Below, in pieces: positions 1-8,300 of a DNA stretch of 64,000 bases. The stretch lies in contig CANQDK010000002.1 of NCBI GenBank assembly GCA_947591785.1, positions 2,510 to 66,509 on the forward strand. Reading direction: 5' to 3'. Every line of letters begins with the position of its first letter. The stretch's first letter is position 1. This stretch comes from an uncultured Clostridia bacterium (GTDB lineage Bacteria; Bacillota; Clostridia; Christensenellales; UBA1242). Both the position numbers and the translations under genes were made by a program. The notes below the pieces were generated by a model. That model was not told the origin of the DNA. It was given only the letters and a program-made list of their open reading frames with translations, and did no database searches.

Positions 1-266
1 GCTCCACGAACAGCAAGACTTGTAAGTCCCTCGTCTTCCAAAAATTTTGCTTCAGTTTTTCCTCCAAGTTCAGAAGATTTTTGTTGTTCTGTTGTGCCAT
101 TAGCCCAAACTATCTGAGCCTCTCCTGTATAAATAAATTCTCTTCCAACCAGCCCATTTGCATTTGTGCTTCTCCAATTAGCATACCACATTCCTGCGAA
201 AAAGCCACCAATTAGAACCCCACAAATAACCACTATTAATATTATTGATTTTAAAACTTTTCCCAT
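1..266 (-). CDS. Membrane-anchored exported protein, paralog of 524..1042 (3' end outside window)
   Basis: Hand translation from ATG at 266: MGKVLKSIILIVVICGVLIGGFFAGMWYANW...QIVWANGTTEQQKSSELGGKTE..., open to the window edge. It aligns with MGKILKSFLLIVSFILAVGAGFGAGW...YVWAKSATEADKANVGG of the neighbour. GGAGGT RBS at 272-277. Not in the ORF track. Confidence 0.85.
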   Translation of the reverse strand, partial: MGKVLKSIILIVVICGVLIGGFFAGMWYANWRSTNANGLVGREFIYTGEAQIVWANGTTEQQKSSELGGKTEAKFLEDEGLTSLAVRG

Positions 267-283
267 TTCTTACCTCCGAGTTC

Positions 284-311
284 ATGATATCACGGGGGGG
301 GGATTTGTCAA
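284..311 (-). promoter_or_regulatory. sigmaA promoter with a C9 tract in a 16-bp spacer
   Basis: Minus strand reads TTGACA-AAT-CCCCCCCCC-GTGA-TATCAT, with an extended -10 TG. G9 at 294-302 on the + strand. Confidence 0.8.
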
Positions 312-470
312 TTAATTTAGCAATTTTTTTACTTTTGACAAAAATTTGTCATTTTCCACTATTCTTATATAAATATAAATTTAATAAATAATTTACATAT
401 TAGAAATTTGCTAAAAAATCTGTTAGACAAAAAGTTTATTTCTCACATATTTCACTAACATAACACACTT

Positions 471-505
471 AAAAAAAAGTTTGTTTCAATCTTGAAACAA
501 ACTTT
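471..505 (-). terminator. Intrinsic terminator after the 172-aa gene
   Basis: Perfect inverted repeat AAAGTTTGTTTCAA-tc-TTGAAACAAACTTT (476-505), followed by a U-run on the minus strand. Confidence 0.75.
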
Positions 506-523
506 ATATTTTCCATTATTATA

Positions 524-1042
524 TTAAACAGCTTTAAAGACTACATAAACATCTGTGCACTTTTTATCTGCTTTTTCCCAATCTGCTCTACCTCTGAAAT
601 CTATAAAATTAAATCGTATCCCACCATTTATGATTTCAAATGTATATTTGGATGGAACACTATCTTCTATGGAATAAAGAGTTACAATCACCTTGCCTCT
701 ACTCTGTTCCCAATCTCCGGTTGCACGATATTGCTCTGGAATATCCAAAATTGAATTTGAATAACCTACTTCACCACCTTCCTTAAATGTCAAACTCATA
801 TTCTTATACATAGATTTCAAGCTTCCATCAAAAGTATCAAAAGACATCCCACCTACATTTGCTTTATCTGCTTCTGTTGCACTTTTAGCCCAAACATAAT
901 CTATAGTTCTAAAAGCATATGTTCCACTAATACTTTCTTGTGGTTCAATATAATCTTTAACAATCCAACCAGCACCAAAGCCAGCTCCTACTGCCAAAAT
1001 AAAACTTACTATTAGTAAAAAGGATTTTAGTATTTTCCCCAT
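524..1042 (-). CDS. N-terminally membrane-anchored protein with a predicted lipocalin-like beta-barrel, 172 aa
   Basis: N-terminal hydrophobic helix, then a GTY...LTFKEGG...GDWEQ...YTFEI...VVFK beta-strand pattern. GGAGGT RBS at 1048-1053. The fold is inferred from the pattern only. Confidence 0.75.
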   Translation of the reverse strand: MGKILKSFLLIVSFILAVGAGFGAGWIVKDYIEPQESISGTYAFRTIDYVWAKSATEADKANVGGMSFDTFDGSLKSMYKNMSLTFKEGGEVGYSNSILDIPEQYRATGDWEQSRGKVIVTLYSIEDSVPSKYTFEIINGGIRFNFIDFRGRADWEKADKKCTDVYVVFKAV

Positions 1043-1059
1043 TTTTTACCTCCGACCAT

Positions 1060-1088
1060 AGAATATCACGGGGGGGGGATTTTGTCAA
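1060..1088 (-). promoter_or_regulatory. sigmaA promoter with a C9 tract in a 17-bp spacer
   Basis: Minus strand reads TTGACA-AAAT-CCCCCCCCC-GTGA-TATTCT. G9 at 1070-1078 on the + strand. Near copy of 284-311. Confidence 0.8.
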
Positions 1089-1343
1089 TTAATTTCGCGA
1101 TATTTTTTATTTTTTGCAAAAATTGTCAATTTTTTTCACTTTTTGCTATTTTTTATCACTTTTTTATATTACTATATAATAAATTAATAAATAAATCACA
1201 TATAAATATGAAATGCAACTTAACGCGAAGCGTAACAGATTGACATAGAATGGCTTAATTTAATTGAAAAAAATTAGAATTTTAATATTTGATTCAAGAT
1301 TGTTAAAAATTGATTTTTAATGCAAAAATATCAAAAATTTTTA

Positions 1344-1913
1344 CTAATTTTTATGTTTTTTATCAACAAAACAAAAATGTTGATTTTTCACATTAGCCCA
1401 AAAAAACTCCCCATCGGTTGAAAGCTCTCCTTTAAAAAAGATTTTTGCACTCTTAATCTCATCATTATTTTCTTCTTTATATTCTATATCATAGAATTTG
1501 TAACCTAAAATGTTTAAAAGTGGATTAATATAGTAAAGAGAATTATTTATATACACAATTCCAATCATTATCAAAACAAGCACATAAACACAGTAAGCAC
1601 TCACAAGTGAAAGGTCTAATGGTATTGCAAAAAACACAAAAAGTGAAAAATAGCCTAAAAAATGCTTGTCAGTTATGTTCTGTTTTGAAATAATCTTGAT
1701 TTTCACAGATTTATCTGTTGAAAATTTGACATTCCAAATAAGCCCACCAACCCCTGCGAGTATGAGCAAAAGCAAAGTAACAAAGTTTAATGTGTTAAGG
1801 ACATTAAAAGAGATGTTTTGATTTGCAATCTCCACACAAAGTTTGACAAACACCAAAACATACATTGGCACAAAAGCACTTATATATAGCAAAAGATTTT
1901 TAACAAAATTCAT
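1344..1913 (-). CDS. KwaA-like (Kiwa anti-phage system) 4-TM membrane protein
   Basis: About 189 aa from ATG at 1913, four hydrophobic segments, and the motif IGIVYINNSLYYINPLLNILGYKFY resembling the KwaA YxNPxLxxxG(Y/F)xxY signature. Recognised from memory, not searched. Confidence 0.6.
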   Translation of the reverse strand: MNFVKNLLLYISAFVPMYVLVFVKLCVEIANQNISFNVLNTLNFVTLLLLILAGVGGLIWNVKFSTDKSVKIKIISKQNITDKHFLGYFSLFVFFAIPLDLSLVSAYCVYVLVLIMIGIVYINNSLYYINPLLNILGYKFYDIEYKEENNDEIKSAKIFFKGELSTDGEFFWANVKNQHFCFVDKKHKN

Positions 1914-2367
1914 TCTAATATAATGTAACAAATTTACAAAAATATTTTTATAATGCCCTAAACTTTTTTAATCTATAAAAATTCCAAAAGCTAAAAAACT
2001 ATTAAAAATTAATTAAAATTAAATTATAAAAAATATTAAAAAATTACATAAAAATATGTAAAAATTATTAAAAATAAAAAATATATTTAAAATTATAAAA
2101 AAAATACTAAAAATAATATTTATTTTTTAATTTTTTATTTATTTTCATTTATTTTCATTTATTTTATTCCCCTTATTTTTATTATAAATAAATCAAATTT
2201 AAATTCATTTTTTTTGCAATTTTTTAGATTAATTTTATTAAACAAAAAATATGTATTTTATATGTTATATTATATATAATAAATTTATATAAATATATCC
2301 TATTTTTATTTTGAAATTGTCTTGGTTTTGTGCTAAAATAATTTTGAAATTTGAGAGAGGTGTTTTT

Positions 2368-5300
2368 ATGAGAAGAACAAATTTCTTATTTAAAAATGTT
2401 TTCGCGATTTTTCTTTCACTCTGTTTCCTTACACTTGGAATCACTGCTTTATTATACAAACAAGATAGTGTGAGTTACGCTGAAAACGCACAATCTGAAA
2501 CTTTAACAAACAACAAACTTCATGAAACTTTTTCAAAGCAGGAAAAGATTTATTCTGATGGAAATTGGGTGGACAACCCCGCTTCCTTTATTGATGACGA
2601 TGTTTTTGTTTTCGTTCGCAATACAGAAGACCCAACAAAACCAAACCAGCTGGAGCTTTCCTTGAAAACGAACGGAGCAATGAAAGGATATGAAGATAAT
2701 GTTTACAACTTTGTTTATTATCCTGATGTTACAAACCCTGATTCAAATTTGTTTTATTTTTACGATGTGTCAAACGTTTCTCTTACAATTAACGGTGTTG
2801 ACCAACAGGAGAACTTTTCTCGGGAGCACAAAGAATTCAGGACATTCAGTTCTTCTCGATTTCCAAATTATCTCGACGGACGACAGCCAAACACATTCAA
2901 AATGGTTCTTGGAAACTCAAACACAGAAAGTTATGAATATAAAATCACTGATGAAAATGGCCGTTTAAATAAAGAAGGAGTTTATCATTTAAACATTCAG
3001 TTAATTTTGTATACATGCCATAATGGTAGAACAGATGCTCAGGAAGAAGAGAGTGACTTTGACCCATCTATCCCTGTTGAAATTGATTACACATTCTTTG
3101 TTGTTGACGAAACAAACTATTTCTCTCAAAACAAACCAATCATAACTAACGGAGCTTTCGACAGTCAACTTAATATCTCTGGACTTCAAGAACCTGCTTA
3201 TTATTTTTACAGCAACTATTCATCTAAGAAGTCTGACAGCATTCAAGAAGAAAATTCCATTCCATATATTCAATACGACAGTCGTAGATTTGAAATTGAA
3301 ATAAAGAAGGAAGTCCCTGGAGAAACAGTAATTCATAATATGAGCTTGAAATTCAATACAGATATTGACGATTGTAAAGAAAAACCTGTTCTGCTTGAAC
3401 AAGAAAAACTTGTTGAGTGGATTATGTATTCCAACAATTTTGTAAGGCTTTACTTCACAGACATTGGAAAATACACCATAAAATTTAAGGCAATTCATGT
3501 TATTGGCTCAAACGAAACTTCTTTAAAGAAATATGAGATTGAAGGTTTAACAAAAAAATCTCGTGAAATCCTTGTTTTTATGTTCGGTTATCAAGCAACC
3601 TATGTTGACTATGATTCTCCTGCTGATGAGAACAACACTCGCCCAACAAAAGATTTAAAAACACTAAATCTATTTAACGAAGATGGCAGACCTCTGGAAA
3701 ACGGAACTTTTTCTGAAAGTGCCGATATAACCAGTAAATTTTTAAACTCAAACAATGATTATAAACAAGCAAACGACCCAACTTCGTTCACCTTGTCCAA
3801 TATTCTTGAATTTTTAAATAAACAAGTTGCTGTGGAATCTCAATTTGTTTATGAAAATATACCAATTTCAACAAATCAAGTTCCAATAAGAATGATTACT
3901 AATGCCAGATTGGTAAACAACGCAACAAATCATAGTTATGTTTTGTCAACAAGAGAATTGGCTGGTTCAAAACTTGCAAAAGACGATGATGATAACACCT
4001 TGCGACTTCAAGGGGAAGACCTTTATATTAAAGATTTTGACACAATAACAGAAAGTGGCACAGGAAAATATATTTACATAATCCCATACACTTTTGAAAA
4101 TTTCTATGAAAATTACACATCGCCTCCCGCTCTTTCAAAAATTTTCTATCAAATTTTCTTCTTTGAAATTGAAAACACGCTTCCAAAAATTGATATAAAA
4201 ACTGTTTCTGGAAAAAGAGTGAATGATGGCGACTTTGTCAACGAAGATGTTGTCATTCTTGACACAACAAAAGATGAACTTTACAACAAAGATGTGACTG
4301 TTCAAATTTATGCTTACGACTATGTAAACAACACCTATCTTGATGAATTTTTTGGCGAAAGAGGAAAATCTCTGGAAGTTCGCAGTGCAGAAACTGGCAA
4401 TGAAGAACATAAATTAATCCTTAAGAAAAATGAGAACGCAAAATACACTATAAGATTATACACAACTTCTTCAATGCCTTCTGACACAAGAATTTCAAGC
4501 AATACAGGATTTTTCCGTCAAAGAACATTCACGATTGACTCCATGGAAATCACTGGCCTTGAAGCAAGAACGGTTGAAGAGACTTCTTCAAACTATGTTG
4601 TTCTTGACACACTGCCAACAGACAGAATATTCACAAATCAAAGCATTATCCTTTCTTGGGATAATAAACTTAGCAATGCAACAACAACGGCTTATTATAG
4701 ATACTTCCCATTTGTTGATGAACAATATTACAACACAACAAACCTTTCAGGGCTTCTTGACAGTTTACTGGAAGATAATGAATCTTTTCACTATTTGCCA
4801 ATAAACAAAGTTTTGAATATGTCAACAACAAACAATGATTGGGTGCCTTACAAAGGGAACACAAAATATGAACTCCAAAACGAAATAGGCACTGAATTTG
4901 TTTTGTCTGATTCTGGATTATATCTTGTTGATGTCTATGACCAAGCTGGAAATCATAAACTTAACGTATTTATTGTTGACGACACAAAACCTATTTTTGC
5001 AATAAAAGATGAAGAGAACGGTTATTATCTTCCAAGTGCGAACACCCCAATTGACAGAGATTCCACACTTTATTGGGGAACTCATAAACTTATTTATATT
5101 GCAAACTTCACAACATCATTCTTTGCTAACTCAATTGAAGACCCTTCTTCAGTCACAACAGAAATGCTCGAAGCAGACACTTATAATTTTTACAAAAACT
5201 ATAACAAACAAACCAGTCGCGAAATATATGAACTGCTCTATCAAAAATTGTTCCGCTCAAACTATTTTAAAAATGTGACAGTTTCCTCAAGCATAGTAAA

Positions 5301-8300
5301 AGATGAAGGTTCAACATTCATCAATTCTTACAGCGGTTTATATGTTGCTGTTCCAATAAATAATGTTGTATATTTCATCGATAATGACAATCAAAATCAC
5401 ACAAGATTAGTTGATTCATATAAAAAATCATTTGTCGCTGAAAAAAGATATAATTTTAAGATTTGGATTCGTGATTATTCAAACACAACTGGTTATAGTG
5501 CAAGCGAAAACATTCTTTACACTCAATTTTATAGTGCTACGCAAGCGATTTCAATAAGTTTTGATACATCAGAATTCAAAATTATTTATAAAAACAATGA
5601 CACTCCTGTCGCCCTTGATTCTGTTATAACAGAAAGCGGAGTTGACGAAGATGACCCTGCAAAAACTTGGATGACAACCTATATTGGACCTATTGGAGTC
5701 AAGAAAATCCTTTATATTTCATTTAAGCCTGTCACAAAATTTTCAGAAGAAGATAAAAGAACTGAAGTTGAAAGTGTCAATATGAAATATTGGGCTTACA
5801 TTCCAACATCTGAAAACAAGACAATCCAAACAGGTTCTTCTTCCACTGAAAGAGCATTTCATTACTACACACTTTCTTCAACACCAGAAGAGCAAAGTTT
5901 TGCATTTAACGCAACGGAAGATGTTTTTGAAGCTCCAATTCGTTCAAGTGCGAACTACACTGCTCCAGGGAAATATGAGATAACAAGAACTTATAAAATT
6001 GGAAGCAACTACACTTTCAACGACAAAGATTCATATAAATTCACTTATGTCTTTTATGTTGACCATTTTGGTATTGTTACAAGTGCCGAATCATATAATG
6101 ATGGCCCATTGGAAAGTTTAGTCGGTGGAGATATTTTTGTTGCAAGTTATGATAACAAAATAACAACCGATTTGGTGGTAACCTTCCCAAACAGTGAAGA
6201 AGGAAACACTGATGGAACATCAACTTACAACAATGATGTCAACAATCTTAGACCAGTCATAACAACAAACAAATTGCCAGTTAATGTTTATGTTCCACAG
6301 TTCAAATTTACAAAATATGTCCTTAAAGATTCAAACGATGCTGGTTATAGTTTTAAAGTTGAAAACAATTCAGATGTAAACAATTTTAAAAGCGATGCTG
6401 ACAATAAAATTGTAGTTCAGGAATTTGCTTTATATGCGGAGATTTATAGAGGCGGATTATTGCAACAAAACCTTATCGCAAAGACAAATGAAAGCAATGC
6501 GATAATAACAAATGAAAAAGGAAATCCTATTGAAAATCCTGCAGTTGCAAATAATGGATTTTTAAAGTTTTATTCAACAACTGGTGCTCAAGATTTTGGG
6601 CCAATCACCTCTCCTGGAAGTTATTATGTGAAAATATATCAAAACAGATTTGGAACACATTTTAATGACAATACTGAAACAGGCTTCAGCTATGACCAAT
6701 CTTTCGTTTTCCAATTTGATATAACTTCATCAACTCCTGATTTCGATGTGCAAGCAAAGAATGGCGAATCGTTAAATGCACGCGAAGAAAATGGTATTAT
6801 GACCTACTACACAAATCAAAGTGAAGTGACTTTAACTTGGAACGCTTCTCCAAACAAATACATGGCAGAAATAGACAAAGACGCAATTTCCTTTACTGTT
6901 GACAATGTTATCACAACAACAAGTGAAACAGATGGAGGAAAGAGATTCTGGAGTGACGAGCCAACTCTTCAAAACAATTCAACATGGGCAGGAATTTTAG
7001 GTTTCACAGAGCAAAAACTCAACATTTATAAAAATGGTGGCGAAGTTTTAATCACAATGCAATATCAAAATCATGACACTGCAAAAGACGCAAATGGAAG
7101 AGATTTATATAACAAAATCACAAAACGCATAAAGATTGACCTATCCGCACCTAGTGATAATGTTGAAAATCTTGTTGATAATTCACTAAACAGAAACATG
7201 ATTCCAACAATGACAAGAAATGCTTTGCGTGATTATAAAACCGCAAACGGACAGCATGCAACATCACTTGATGTGACATCATATAACACTAGCAATAAAA
7301 CGGACTCAGTTTTCGCATATTATTCTTACACCGTGCCTGCAACATATTTAGAGAAATTGAAAACATCACAAGATTATATAACTTATATTCGTGATTTCAA
7401 CAACACAAAATATGACAACAATTACGAACAAGAAGTTGATGCAACAGCACCTTTAATTAATGGTTATAACAAAATTGATGCTTTTGACAAACTTGAAGAA
7501 GGGCATTACTACGAAGTAGTTGAAACAGACCTTGCAGGAAATAGAGCAATTTACACTATCTATATCTCATCACGTGCAGATGAAAACATCAAATTATTCT
7601 CCTACACTGTTCCAGCAGACAGCACAGAAGGCGAGCCAACACAAACATTAACAGAAAAATTCTATACAATCAAAGATTTTAATCTCGTTTCAAGCAGAGC
7701 TGGAGCTATCAACAACATCTATGCACACACAGGATTTAAACTTGAAGACATAAATTTCTTTGGTGATGTTTGGGCTCAAATGCTTATAAACACCTTTGAT
7801 GAAAACGGACGACCAATCACACGAATAGTTCTTTCAACACCAAAAGGTTACCGAGAGTATGTTGGTTCAAAAGACACATTGATTTCAGTTTCATCTCTTG
7901 TTCCATCAAATTTTGATTCTCACAAAAAAATGTGTTTCTCAATTTATGACAGACAAACAGCAAGAATGATTGACTTCTATCTCAACATAAGCGACATTCC
8001 TTTAACAGCACAATTAACAGACCAACAAGAACGAGAATTTATTCGTTTTGCAAAAGTCACCGATGCGGAAATTCAAAGCACCACATCTCCAAGTTTATAT
8101 CTCACTCACCTGAGAATCAGCAGAAAAACATCTTCAGGAAATGAAATTTTGTTTGAACAAGAAAACCAACTTGGCTATATGGACATTTGGCACTCAGATG
8201 AGCAACAAAACATTTTGGTTGATTCAAATGGTTTGACATTAAATTTTGAACTGAATCCAAACAAGGAATTTTCTCCAAACACCTGGATAACATATGATTT

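Noticed and set aside
1930-2310. Extremely AT-rich 380-bp spacer as a possible replication origin
   Set aside because: No TTATCCACA DnaA boxes seen and no dnaA/dnaN nearby. It is explained as a divergent promoter region.
2311-2367. ORF-track TTG start for the 2861-aa protein
   Set aside because: The ATG at 2368 has an SD-like GAGAGG and begins a normal signal peptide.
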